Part shown: piece by piece, positions 17,273 to 53,100 of the stretch
Numbering within the stretch: position 1 is the first letter of the stretch
Layout: the number at the start of each line of letters is the position of its first letter
NCBI RefSeq assembly: GCF_009914755.1
Contig: NC_060927.1
DNA length: 64,000 bases
DNA from: the human T2T-CHM13v2.0 reference genome, Homo sapiens
Direction: 5' to 3' (one strand)
Made by a program: the position numbers and the translations under genes
Notes under the pieces: generated by a model
Told to the model about the DNA's origin: nothing
What the model saw: only the letters and a program-made list of their open reading frames with translations
The model's database searches: none

Positions 17273-18031
17273 TCTGGCTATGAGTCTCTTCTAGAAATAC
17301 AAGAAGAAGCCCTGGACACACCAGGCCCTGTTTCTAGGGATAACAATGGCCAGAGCTGAAATGTGTCTGTCCTTCAGCCCAGGAGTCCAAGGTGCCCACT
17401 GTCCTCACCTATCTGGACCCTACAGGCCTCTGCACTGCTGATCCCAGGTCTATGCTGAAAAGCTAAGGCTTATTAGGTCTGCAGAGTGAGGAGCAGGGCT
17501 GAAAAGGCTTCCCCAAGATAAGGGGTTGTTACTTAGCTCTCCTTTGCTGATTTCACTCTCAACTCCAAAGGCCCCATCAAGGCCATGACAATTCTAAGGC
17601 AGGTGAATGTTGGTGTTGACATCACAAGCCTGCTAATCTTGCATAAGAATCTGTTAACTCAGTGTCAGTGGGGACTCAATGGCCTTTGGTCTCACTTCCC
17701 ATACCAGGGCCTGAGGGTTTTAATTAAATTCAAAGGCAAGCCCTGGAGAGAGGATGCCACCAGTAGCCCCTTGGGCAGCTTGGTCCGAGGGTCTTGACAA
17801 GGAGGTGGATGACAAGGTGAGGACCCAGTGATTGAGGTGCAGCTGCAGGTAGGCAGGCCAGCTTACATCCTGACTCCAGCTCCGAAACTTTGAACAAGTC
17901 ACCTTCCCAATGCTCAGTTCCCTCATCTGTAACCCACAGCTAATATTACCTGCATGCTGTTTCCAGGAACAGGTGCCTCTACCAATCACAGCAGCAGCGT
18001 CTCACTGACCTTTCCACTCATTGAGTGGAAA

Positions 18032-18722
<691 letters not shown>

Positions 18723-20939
18723 ATAGAAAATATCACTCCCTTTCTGTGCATGAGGAAACTGAAGCTCAGAAAGGCTGTGCCAACTGCTTAAGGACATAGA
18801 GCACACAGAGGATGGAACGGGGAGTCGAACCCAGGCAGCGCACTGCCTCCACACTCTGAGAATGGGGCTGCAGGTAGCTGCTTCACAGGGGGCCTATGAG
18901 AGTTGAAACACACAGTACTTGGTACCACACTACAGTAGAGACACAATTCAATTTGGTAGTGACTGTTATTACTACTACTGTTAACACAGATCATTCAATA
19001 AGGGGGTGGCTGTGGGAGCAGGGAGAGGAGACAGGGAGGAGGGGGCTGCTGTTCCCCACCATTGGAGATGGGTTTTAGGGTGACAGAAAACCCTTTCCTC
19101 TTTCCAGAAGGGCCCGCTTTCCTCCTTCTAGGAACCTCCAAGGAGAGAGCCAAGGAGGGTGGGAGGCCTCTGCCAGGCTGTGGGCCCTGGGTGCTGTGCA
19201 ACTGGGCCCAGAGCAGCTGGCCAGGTCCAGGGGAGAGAGTGAGCAGTGTCCACCAGTGTGTGGGGTCTGGAAGGAGTCCTGCCTTCTGAGGATGTGGCTG
19301 GTTGCCCAGAAGTTCCCGGAAGTGGGCAACCTCTCCTGAGTTGGGTGGCCGGCAGCTGGCCAGAGCCTTGGCCAGCCTCCTTGGCTAAGTGCTCCCATCT
19401 GCCTGCCCGAACTAGTCCTGTCACCCAGAAACAGAGAAATGCCTCCCCTGAGACCCAAGACCCTTGAAGCTGCCCCAGCCTCATTCCTCCCAGCTTCTTC
19501 ACCCCGCCCCCACAGGGTGGAGTGCTGGACCAGAAGCCAGAAGGGCCAGGAGGTCAGCCACTCTCCCCACTTGCTGGCTGTATGACCTTGTGCAACTTAA
19601 CCATTCTGAGCCTCTGTTCCTTGTATGGGACTGACATCTGTAGGGTGCACTGTGTGGGGGGTCTGGGGTTGTGCACTTAATCACAGAGCCAGGTCAAACA
19701 TTTGCACACAGCGGCTGCTGCTACCATCTTTGCTCAGCAGATTCTCATGCTCCCTGGCCTTCTCCTTACTGGCCCTGCCCAGCCGATCCACATTCACTCT
19801 CTTCTCACTCCTCCTCCCCTTTGTTCCAGCTCCCTTGTGTCCGGGCAGAAGGGGTGCTGGGTAGGCCTTTAAATGCCAACAGGGCCAGAGAGAAATAAGG
19901 TCCCTGAATTGGTGGATAATTGCACTGTTGATTATGGCGAGATTCTAATGTCTCCCGGCCTGGATCTGCCACCCCCCACCCCCGCCCCGTTCTCTTGACT
20001 TCAGCCTCCCTGTCTTCCTCCATGCTCCTTCTCCATATCAGGCTCCCTCTAGCCTTCACTGGGGGCCCCTCAGCCTGGTCGCTCTGTCCTAGGTGGCATC
20101 TGCTTGACACCAGGGTGCAGCCCTGAGGTGGGTCCCCCTTCCCATCCCGCCATTCTCTAATCCAGCACCCTTGTCCACACTGGTCACAGACTGCTACGGC
20201 TTCTTTGCTGATGTCTGTCTGCCCAGCAGCTCAGGAGGACAGGGAGGGAGGCTTCCCCGCACTGCACATCCTCATCCCGCCAAGCCCCTGCATGTGGATC
20301 AGGCAGACCAGGGCCCCTTGAAGGTGATGAGGCAGGGGCAGGCACAGCCGGCCATAGGAGAGGGCTCAGCCTGTGCCTGCCCCTGCCCCATTATCTTCAA
20401 GGGGCCCTGATCTGCCTGATCCACATGCAGGGGCTTGGGGGGAAGATGACAAGCATGGAGGAATCCACCTCTGGGCTAGTCCCTTCCAGGAGGCCCCTTA
20501 TAGCTAGCCTGATCCTTCCCCTAGCCACTGACCCCAGACCCTCCTCCAGAAGCTGTGAGTGTAGTGTGGAAGACATAGAAATCAGGACACCTGGGTCCCC
20601 CTACAGCCCAACATCACTTTCTGTGTGACCTCGAGCAAGTCCTCTCCCCTCTCTGAGTCTTAGTCTCCCTGGCTGTAAAATGGCTTAGGGCTGGGAACAC
20701 ACACTGATGCCTACAAGGCCAGGGAGGTGTCGCTGCTTGGACATTACATTCCTCAGGGTTGGGGACGCACTGAAGGGAGAGCTGATAGAGAAGTGGAGAG
20801 AGCACACCCTGCCTGGGCTAGCCCAGGGGCTCCAGGTCTACTGATTCCTCAAAAGAAGCTGAACATCTGAGGCTTGATGAGAAAATTCCTGCTGGTTAAA
20901 TGTTGACAATGCATTCACATTTTATTATAAAACAAGAAT

Positions 20940-21333
<394 letters not shown>

Positions 21334-21928
21334 TCAGGGGTCCTCTGGGGCTCTCTGGGCATTTTCTGCTCTCTAGGATGGGGGCTGCTGCTCCCTGCAA
21401 AGCCCCCCCACTCCAGACCTATCTCCTGAAGCATTTATTGGCTTTGCTCCACTCCAGCCCCTCTCTCTCTTCTCACAAACCAGAGCTCACCCCTTGCTCT
21501 GCAACCACAGTCTAACGGGATTCCAAAGACAGGGTTAGGACAAGGCCAGCGCCAGAGACCTCAGAACCCTTTTGCTCTGCCAACCCCGAAATTCCATCTC
21601 ACATGGTGGCTCCTGGGCCCCATCATGGTAAACTGGAGCTCATGCCTCCAACTGTTCAGGGCAGAGCTGGGCTGTTTCCAGATCCTCTACCCACTGTGTG
21701 CGGCTGGCCCCCATCTACCACTGTATAGAAGGGCACTGACACCCCAAGGAGCAGCAGCAGCACAGGTTGGAGCTGTCCTATGTCCACCTGGGGTCTCTTT
21801 GAGAAGGATGCAAGATTTCTTGCTTGACTGACAGATGTGGAAACTGAGGCCCAGAAGAAAGCAGCAGGTTTGCCAAGACTGTGCTACCTCACCTTCTTGG
21901 AGGAGTGCTACTACAAATAGTTCCTGGG

Positions 21929-23891
<1,963 letters not shown>

Positions 23892-24149
23892 AAATAGTTC
23901 CTGGGGCCCAGAATAAAAAGGGGGAATTCTAGGGGCTGGGGTTGACATTTTCCTTTTGCCTTGACCATTGGGTGGGTACTATGTGCAGCAGCCCCGGACG
24001 GTGATAGTGATGGTAATGATGACCATGATGCAGACTGGGTGGGAGGGAAAAAAGTCCCCAGCGTCATCCCTGGGATGGGGCCTGACCTTGCCTCAACTCC
24101 AGCTGCCCAGGGCCAGAGCGAGTGATAAGATGAGTTTATACTGTAGCTC

Positions 24150-24350
24150 TGAGAAGGAAGGGAGGGAGGGAGAAGGAGGGAAGGAGGGAAAAGGGAGGGA
24201 GGGGTAAGGGAGAGAGAAAAAGGGAGAGAAAGGGAAAAGAAGATGGGGAAGGAGGGAAGGACAAGGGAGGAGTGAGAGGCGAAGAAGGAGAAGGAAAAGA
24301 AGAAAAAGAAAGAAGAAGAGGAGGAGGGGGCGGAGGGGAGAAGAAGAGGC
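24150..24350. repeat. GA-rich polypurine low-complexity tract
   Basis: About 200 nt that is almost exclusively G/A. Confidence 0.9.
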
Positions 24351-25318
24351 CCCGAAGGATCACAACTGGAGCAGAATAGTGCCCACCCAGACTCATCACT
24401 GAGGCAGATGGGGTCATTCTCATTTCACAGACACAAAAACTAAGATTTAAGGCATGAGGCAATTTGCTCAAGATCTCAGAGTTAGGACTAGAACTCATGG
24501 CTTATGCCTTGCTCTTCAAGGTCTCAAACCTTGAACCACTCAAGAAACATATTCCAAGATACCTCACCCTTACCTCATCAGAAAGGGGAGCTGGTTAAAA
24601 TGCAGATTTCTGGGTCAAAATCAAAGGTGTGTGGCACAGGAATCTGCATTTTGACTGGTACCCTGGGGGTGGTTCTTTGGGCCCTGACACTGGGAAACCC
24701 CGTGGCTCATTTAGGGCCTTTCTGGTCTGACCTCTTGGCGTCAGGTCCTGACCATACTCCCGTTGCCCAGCTATTTGGGCTGACTCACGCTGACCCCCCA
24801 ACCGCCACCCCCACAGGGCTGAGCCTTTTCCATCCAAGGCTTCACCCACAGTCTCCCAGTCGCATGTAGATCCACCCTTCCAACCAGCACCCGCTTCTCT
24901 TCTGGAAGCCTTCCTCGTGGTTGGGATCCTCCTCTTTCAGCGCCTGTTGGAGTAATAGCCTCCTCCTCTTCCTCCATCTGGAGTTGCTTACAACACTCTA
25001 TTTCACTTTCCATGTGAGTCGGCCTTGTTTCCCAATCTTTCTCTATATTAAACAGGAAACTCCCAGAGGGCTAGGGACTGGCTGGTTTAAACAATAAGCC
25101 TCTGAAATACAGGACTTCACCTGACCCTCCTGCCAGCCACAAGTGGCAGGGCGGGAGAGCTTTACAAATCAGGAAACCAAGCCTTGAAGAGGTTGTGGCC
25201 TGCCCAAGTCTATGGCCAAGTAAGATTCAGAGCTGGGTTTGAAACCCATGCCCAACTCCACTATCCAGTTCTTTCTGCTTTGGCTTTGGCTCTGATCACC
25301 CCCAAAAAAACCCTATGA

Positions 25319-25643
<325 letters not shown>

Positions 25644-26699
25644 TCAGGGATTATGATCCTATTGCCCAGATAAGGAAAGCAAGGCCCAAAGATGAGCAAA
25701 GCACTCAATATCATCCTTATTCTGTTCCCACTTCCAGCTGCACTTGGGTCCAAGTCCAAGTGCTGACCTTTTCTCTCTCATCTTCTCTGGGTGATGGGCA
25801 CTGCCCAGGATCTCTTGGCTGAATGGCACAGAACTGGGTCTCGAGCTCTCAGACCAAAGCCCTCATCCTGGACTGGTCCCACTGCCACTCTGAACCCAGG
25901 TGCCTCCTCTGAAGGTGGAGACTCACCTCACCTGCCTTGCAGCCAGCTGGGTGCTCAGAGACAGAAATGCAAAGTACCTGGACACACCCTGGTCACCATC
26001 ATTCTGGACTTTGTCCCTCTTGTTAATGCTCAGCTGGGAAAGGAATACCCTCAAAGGCCCTTTCCTCAAGAATGGAGGAGAGTACCTCTGAGCCTGGCAC
26101 AGGCCCAGCCCAACACAGCCCAAGCCAAGCTGGGAAGGGTGTGGGGCAAGGAAGCCAGACTGACATTCCTGAGACGGGTTTGCCAAGCCCTACACTTTAT
26201 GTGTTGTACCCGGGAAACTCAATGGAGGTATGGCCCAACGCTGACCTTTGGCATGGAGGCCTAAGCCACCCTGCTGGTGCCCAGGGTGGCCAGCAAGGGG
26301 CTTCAGACAACCCTGGATGGAAAATAAAAATAGTGGCTAATATTTGTTACACGCTAACTATTGTCAGGCCCTGTGCCTTCCCCTCCTCCCCAAGTGCTCA
26401 GAGCTGTGGAGTGGATGGGTTCCACCCTAGCCCTGTTCCTCTGTCCCCTCTGGATCATCTTAGACCAGAAAGTGCCACAGCTGAGTGTCCCGCTTCTTCC
26501 GCATCCTGCCAGGACCACTCCATTTGTGGGCGATATAGCCAGCTCCACCTCCTCCGGGAAGCCCTTGTTCACAGTTTCCAAAGCAAGCCGCAGGCGGGAT
26601 GGATCCTGCTTAACACCCCGGCCCAGAACCCCTTGGATCTCCTTCTTCCTCCATGTCCAAGACACCCAGCTTAACAACCCTGTAGCCCCCAACTTGGCC

Positions 26700-27520
26700 C
26701 TAGCGGCACCTCGCCTCGACCTTGCCATTTTATACTCAATTGGGGCGTAGGGTTCTGAAGCCCAGGGTAGTTGGTGGGGAGGCAGCACGAGGGTGCAGGA
26801 TGAGGTCGGGAAAAGAGACCTCGTCCGCCCACCGCCTAGCGCTTCCTCCTCCCTGCAGGCGAGCCGGGGAATCCCCGGCAGCACCGATATCCGCAGAGCC
26901 CAAGAAGTGGGCCTCTCTGCCCCGCCCCCCCGGCTCGCCGAGGGCTACGCGGCGCGCCTGCGCAGAAGAAGGCAGCGCCCAAGGCGCATGCGCAGCGGTC
27001 ACTCCCGCTGTATATTAAGGCGCCGGCGATCGCGGCCTGAGGCTGCTCCCGGACAAGGGCAACGAGCGTTTCGTTTGGACTTCTCGACTTGAGTGCCCGC
27101 CTCCTTCGCCGCCGCCTCTGCAGTCCTCAGCGCAGGTGAGGGCCCGCGCGGTAGGTGCGGCGCCGGCCGAGGAAGCCCCGGGGTGTCCTGCCAGCCGTGG
27201 CACCGCTGCCCCGGGTGCTGGGACCCCATCCCCCACTGTCCCAGTCACCCGCCGCCTTGAGGTCAGCGTTTATCCTCCAGATCTTTTGCCTAGACGGCCG
27301 CCTCAGTTTCCCCCTTTCGGCCCCTTCCGGCTATTCCCGGTTGAACCCGCCGCTTTAGAATTCCCTTCTCATACCCCTCCCGTCATTCTCGAGACCTCGA
27401 CCGCGGGTCACCTCTGACCCCCACTGCCGGAGGACTGCCTTCTTTCTCCAGACTCAACTCCCTCGACTTTATAAGCCCCTGCGCGTCCCCAGTGAGGCCC
27501 AAGGCGCTGGCCCTCATACC
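26700..27520 (+). promoter_or_regulatory. ALAS1: ALAS1 CpG-island promoter: GC box (~26920-26929), two NRF-1 sites (26953-26964, 26983-26994), TATA box (27011-27017)
   Basis: High CpG density. cgcgcctgcgca and ggcgcatgcgca match the NRF-1 consensus YGCGCAYGCGCR. tatatta lies ~30 nt before exon 1A. Confidence 0.9.
27040..27135 (+). other. ALAS1: ALAS1 non-coding exon 1A (start approximate)
   Basis: Downstream of the TATA box, ends at donor cag|gtgagg (27136), and contains no ATG. Confidence 0.85.
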
Positions 27521-27551
27521 CCTACCCTCATTTGTGCCCCTCCTTTCTCAG

Positions 27552-27728
27552 TTATGCCCAGTTCTTCCCGCTGTGGGGACACGACCACGGAGGAATCCTT
27601 GCTTCAGGGACTCGGGACCCTGCTGGACCCCTTCCTCGGGTTTAGGGGATGTGGGGACCAGGAGAAAGTCAGGATCCCTAAGAGTCTTCCCTGCCTGGAT
27701 GGATGAGTGGCTTCTTCTCCACCTAGAT
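27552..27728 (+). other. ALAS1: ALAS1 alternative 5'UTR exon 1B (177 nt) containing four upstream ATGs
   Basis: Acceptor cctttctcag| and donor |gtaagc. ATGs at 27554, 27649, 27699 and 27703. Known alternatively spliced exon. Confidence 0.85.
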
Positions 27729-28126
27729 GTAAGCCAAGATGTCTTATCTGCACTGTGCATCTCCCTAAGAAACCTCTGGCCTCCCAAACCTGTTCTTGAC
27801 CTTTCCCTCATCCTTCCGCCCCCTTGATTATGTACTGTCAGTATTTACTTCATTTGGTGAAGTTGCTTTGCAGGTGCCTTTGTGTAGCGCTGGAGAATGA
27901 AGAAGTTGGTGACCCGGGTAAAGTGTGGTCACCATTCCTTAGCTCACATCAGTGCTGTCCTTAGGCATTTTTGAGGGAGAAGTGTTAGTATTCCAGGGTA
28001 CCCTTTATATAAACTGCGGTTGACACCTGAATCCAGTGAGCTTGCAGTGATATTTGCCTGATTATTAACAACTGTTGATGTCACTCTTCATCAGTCTTTC
28101 CACAGGAGCCAGCATACTTCCTGAAC

Positions 28127-43065
<14,939 letters not shown>

Positions 43066-43189
43066 GCATGACCTCAATTATTTCACTTAACCCCAGGCCA
43101 TTATCATATCCAGATGGTCTTCAGAGTTGTCTTTATATGTGAATTAAGTTATATTAAATTTTAATCTATAGTAAAAACATAGTCCTGGA

Positions 43190-43195
43190 AATAAA
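43190..43195 (+). terminator. ALAS1: ALAS1 polyadenylation signal AATAAA (short ~150-nt AU-rich 3'UTR)
   Basis: AATAAA followed by a GU/U-rich element (ggtggttctttctg). Confidence 0.85.
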
Positions 43196-43499
43196 TTCTT
43201 GCTTAAATGGTGGTTCTTTCTGCTATTGGCTACTGGATAACATTCTTCATTGGCTAGACACAGTGGCTAACACCTGTAATCACAACACTTGGGAGGCCAA
43301 AGCAAGAGGATCACTTTAGGCCAGGAGTTTGAAGCTGCAGTGAGCCATGATTGCTCCACTGCACTCCGGCCTGGGTGACAGAGCAAGACTGCCTCTGAAA
43401 TAAAAAATAATAATTGTCATCATCCCTTTAAGTTCAGTCTGTATTCTAGGAATGAATAAACTGAATGAAGTACTGGAGCTCTGGTAATGGCTTCAGAGG

Positions 43500-45885
<2,386 letters not shown>

Positions 45886-46524
45886 AAAGAAACCCAATGG
45901 CAACAGGTCAAGTTTACTAGAAAGACTGAGACAGCTGAAGCAAAACCAAGCAGCTGGAGTTGAGCAGAGTCCTTTGACCTCGCCTCCCTTCTCGTAGCTC
46001 TAGAAACGGCAGCTGTGTTTTCTCCTCTCTGTACAGAGTTGGGCTGGCACCCCTTCCCAGGAAGCTGGCAGTGGGCCTGGGGCACACACCCTCAGAGCTC
46101 GGCTGAGTCACACTCCCATCAGATAAAACCATACACCTAGGCAGGCTACAGGGCTTGATGGAAACCACATCACCTCGGAATCATGATTCAGTTCCTTCCT
46201 GCTCAGGAAACGAGCCTCGCTTAGCATTCCTGGCTCTGCTGCCTCACAGGAGCTTTCAGGGCTTTCCATTGTCCCTGTCATTCCCACGCCCAGGACTCCA
46301 TCACCTCCCTTCCTTCAAATGGGATTGTTCTCCTCCAGCTGGGGTAATGTTGCTACCTGAATGCTTAGGAAGATCCACTCTTCCTTCGTAAGACCCAGAG
46401 CCAGCAGAAGCAAGGCCCTCAGGTGCATGTGCCCCTCCCTGCTTCTTGGGGTTATGAGAACGAAGGACCGGGTGATCTGCAGGAAGTAGGCGGGATTCGT
46501 GAACTGCTTAAAAATGGAAGTTTG

Positions 46525-49305
<2,781 letters not shown>

Positions 49306-49980
49306 GGCTTGCCTAGGTGTCCCTTTAATATCAGAATGGAGAGACCCAGCAAGCACCTGTAGGTGGAAAGAGAAAGGAGTGGATTCTCCTGTCTGTGGCT
49401 CCCAGCTCCCTGCTGCAGGGATGCACCCACAGGCCTTCCCCTCCCGACCCTGAACCAGCCTTCTCCGCTTGGCACAGGCATGGCCACCAGAGGGCGCAAT
49501 CACCCCTCCACCTTTGCTGCAATTCATTCTACCGTTTTGGAATGAACAGTCCCCATAGCTGCTGCCACTCAAGACTTTGCTGAGCGCCAGAAAGGAACCA
49601 AGCCTGCAGCTTCTCTGCCCTCAAGGCATTCCAGTCCAGTAGGCGAGGGAGACAGACAACCTGAGACCCATACACAACAAAGGGGTGCTGCCAAGTCTGT
49701 CAGGTGCTGCCCGGTTCTGCATGGGAAAGGTAGGGCAGGGCATTCTGGGAGGGGCTAAAAGAGGCCCCTACTCTCTGGGAAGGACCAAGACCACATCCAG
49801 TGACCATCATCAGACTCCCCAGAGAACAGAGCTTAGCAGCTTCCTCCCCTGCAGACCTCTGTCCCGTCTTTATGGCAATTTTCCCTAAGCTGCTTCGTGG
49901 AGGCCTGGAGAATTCTCCCTTCCCTCCTCCTGTCCATGCCTCCAGTGAGCTCAGAGTTAGCCATCTAGCCTTCGGTAGCA

Positions 49981-49986
49981 TTTATT
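49981..49986 (-). terminator. TLR9: TLR9 polyadenylation signal AATAAA
   Basis: tttatt on +, 117 nt past the TLR9 stop. Confidence 0.85.
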
Positions 49987-50102
49987 GAGTGCCTGCTCTG
50001 TGTCAGGTGTGGGGTGAGGGAGGCGAGCAGGGGAGGGTCAGACCAGGCAGGCAGAGGTGAGGTGAGTGTGGAGGTGGCACCGTGCAGGATTCCGGCTCAC
50101 GG

Positions 50103-53100
50103 CTATTCGGCCGTGGGTCCCTGGCAGAAGTTCCGGTTATAGAAGTGGTGGTTGTCCCTGGTCAGGGCCATGCCCAGCTGGGCCCAGAAGCTGCGCTGAC
50201 CACTGGGCTGGTGGGGCCAGAGGAGGACACTCTGGCGGCAGAGGCGCTGGCGCAGCCGCACGTAGCGGGAGCGGCGGCCGTCAGGGCTCAGGATCACCAG
50301 CACCACGACGTCCTTGCGGTCCTCCAGCAGGCGCTGCTGGGCCAGCAGGAAGCTGGCGCGCAAGAGACCACTGACCCGGTCCGTGTGGGCCAGCACAAAC
50401 AGCGTCTTGCGGCTGCCATAGACCGAGGCCCACAGGTTCTCAAAGAGGGTTTTGCCAGGCAGCCAGTCGCGTTCCTCCAGGCACAGGCGGAGTGCCCAGC
50501 GCCCACGGCACTCCTCCAGCTGCCCCCGAAGCTCGTTGTACACCCAGTCTGCCACTGCGCTCTGCGTTTTGTCGAAGACCACGAAGGCATCGTAGGGCAG
50601 GGCATCCTCATCTCGCCCACTTTGCCGCCCCCGCCAGGGAAGCCAGGCCAGGCACAGGTGGAAGCAGTACCAGAGGTCCCAGCCACAGAGGTGATGCAGC
50701 ATGGGCACACCCAGGCCCAGAGCCACAGCCAGCAGCGAGAGGGCGAAACAGTCCCAGGAGAGGGCCTCATCCAGGCAGAGGCGCAGGTCCTGTGCAAAGA
50801 TGCTGAGGCCCTGGAGCTGGCCCGGACTGCCACACTTCACCCGGCTGGGCAGACCGGGCACGGCAGCCTGCACCTCCAGCAGGAAGTCCATAAAGGCCGC
50901 CCCACAGGCGCAGTGCAGAGGGTTGGCGCTTACATCTAGTATTTGCAGGGCACTCGCCAGGGGCCCAAACCAGGAGTGGTCCACTGTCTTGAGGGCGTTG
51001 GCGCTAAGGTTGAGCTCTCGCAGCTCCTTGGCCTTGGAAAAGAAGCCGGGGGCCACGAAGCTGATGCTGTTGCAGCTGACATCCAGCCTCCGGAGCCGGG
51101 TGCCAGCAGGCAGGCTGCCATTGGTCAGGGCCTTCAGCTGGTTTCCTGCCAGGTCGAGGACTTCCAGTTTGGGCAGGAAGTGGAGGCTCCACCACTTAAA
51201 GAAGGCCAGGTAATTGTCACGGAGACGCAGCACCTGTAGGCTCTTGGGGAGGTTGCGCAGGGTTTGGGGCAGGAGGGTGTGCAGGCGGTTCTGGGACAAG
51301 TCCAGCCAGATCAAACCGCTCAGGCCTTGGAAGAAGTGCAGATAGAGGTCTCCCTCGGCCCACATATGGCCCAGTGCATTGCCGCTGAAGTCCAGGGCCC
51401 GCAGCGACGTACTGCAGAGCTGCTGGGACACTTGGCTGTGGATGTTGTTGTGGGCCAGGCTGAGGTGGCGCAGGGTGCGCAGGTGAGCCACGAAGCTGAA
51501 GTTGTGGCCCACGCCCTGCATGCCAAAGGGCTGGCTGTTGTAGCTGAGGTCCAGGGCCTCCAGTCGCGGTAGCTCCGTGAATGAGTGCTCGTGGTAGAGG
51601 TCCAGCTTATTGTGGGACAGGTCTAGCACCTGCAGACCGGTCAGCGGCAGGAACTGGGAGCCATTGACTGCCTGCGAGATGCAGTTGTGGCTCAGGCGCA
51701 GGCACTGCAGGTGCGAGAGCTGGGCAAACATCTCCGGCTGCACGGTCACCAGGTTGTTCCGTGACAGATCCAAGGTGAAGTTGAGGGTGCTGCAGTTGGG
51801 CCTGAAGTCTTCAGAGCTGGGAGTGTCCACTGGGGCCGGAGCAAGGTCCCCAGGCTGCAGCCAGACCTTCTCCCCTCCATCTGCCTCCCCCATGGTGGCT
51901 GTCAGCTCCGAAGCTCCGCTGATGCGGTTGTCCGACAGGTCCACGTAGCGCAGGCCAGGGAAGGCCCTGAAGATGCCGAGCTGGGCCTGGTTGATGAAGT
52001 TCATCTGCAGACGCAGAGTCTGGAGCATGGGCAGGCGGGCCAGTGGCCGGAGCGTGGTCTCATCGAGTGAGCGGAAGAAGATGCCGTGCATGTCCAGCTC
52101 CTTCAGGGCGACCAGGCTCCCGAAGGAAGGGGCCAGAGACAGGTGGGCAAAGGACACCCTCTTTTGGTAATTGAAGGACAGGTTAAGCTTGCGCAGCTGT
52201 GTTAGGCCCTGGAAGGCCTTGGTTTTAGTGATGCATTTGTAGAGGAAGTTCTCACTCAGGTCCAGCACTCGGAGGTTTCCCAGCCCACGGAACCAACTGG
52301 CATTCAGCCAGGAGAGAGAACTGTCCTTCAACACCAGGCCTTCAAGACGGCTCAGGTGGCTGAAGGTATCGGGATGTAGCTGGGGGAAGTGACGAGGGCA
52401 CTCCATGCAGGGGTTGGGAGCGTGGTCGCAGCGGCGGCAATTTCCGCCCACATCGAGCACACGCAGGGCGGTCAGATTGGCCAGGTCCTCAGGCGCCAGT
52501 TTGACGATGCGGTTGTAGGACAACAGCAGATACTCCAGGCTGGAAGGCAGGTTGCGGGGCACCACAGTGAGGTTGTTGTACTTGAGTGACAGGTGGGTGA
52601 GGTTGCCCAGGCCAAGGAGGGCACCCGGGGCCACCTCCAGTGCCTGCCTGCAGGGGTTCTTGTAATAACAGTTGCCGTCCATGAATAGGAAGCGCAGGGC
52701 ATGCAGGCCGGCGAGGCTGGCAGAGTCTAGCATCAGGATGTTGGTATGGCTGAGGGACAGGGATATGAGGGATTTGGGCAGCGCAGGCACAGTCATGATG
52801 TTGTTGTAGCTCAGGTTTAGCTCTTCCAGGGTGGGCACAGCCAAGAAGGTGCTGGGCTCGATGGTCATGTGGCAGGGGAAGTGCATGGGGCTGAGGCCAA
52901 CCGGCGGGCAGTTCCACTTGAGGTTGAGATGCCGCAGGCTGGGCAGGTGGGCAAAGTCAGAATCATGGAGGTGGTGGATGCGGTTGGAGGACAAGGAAAG
53001 GCTGGTGACATTGCCACGGGGTGCTGCCATGGAGAAGTGGGGCACAGACTTCAGGAACAGCCAGTTGCAGTTCACCAGGCCGTGGGGCTGGAGCTCACAG

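Noticed and set aside
26072-27417. Cluster of ORFs around the ALAS1 promoter
   Set aside because: Expected from stop-codon scarcity in a CpG island. No coding signature.
50082-50939. 285-aa plus-strand ORF and other ORFs overlapping TLR9
   Set aside because: Antisense or alternative-frame shadows of a GC-rich CDS with no recognisable domain.
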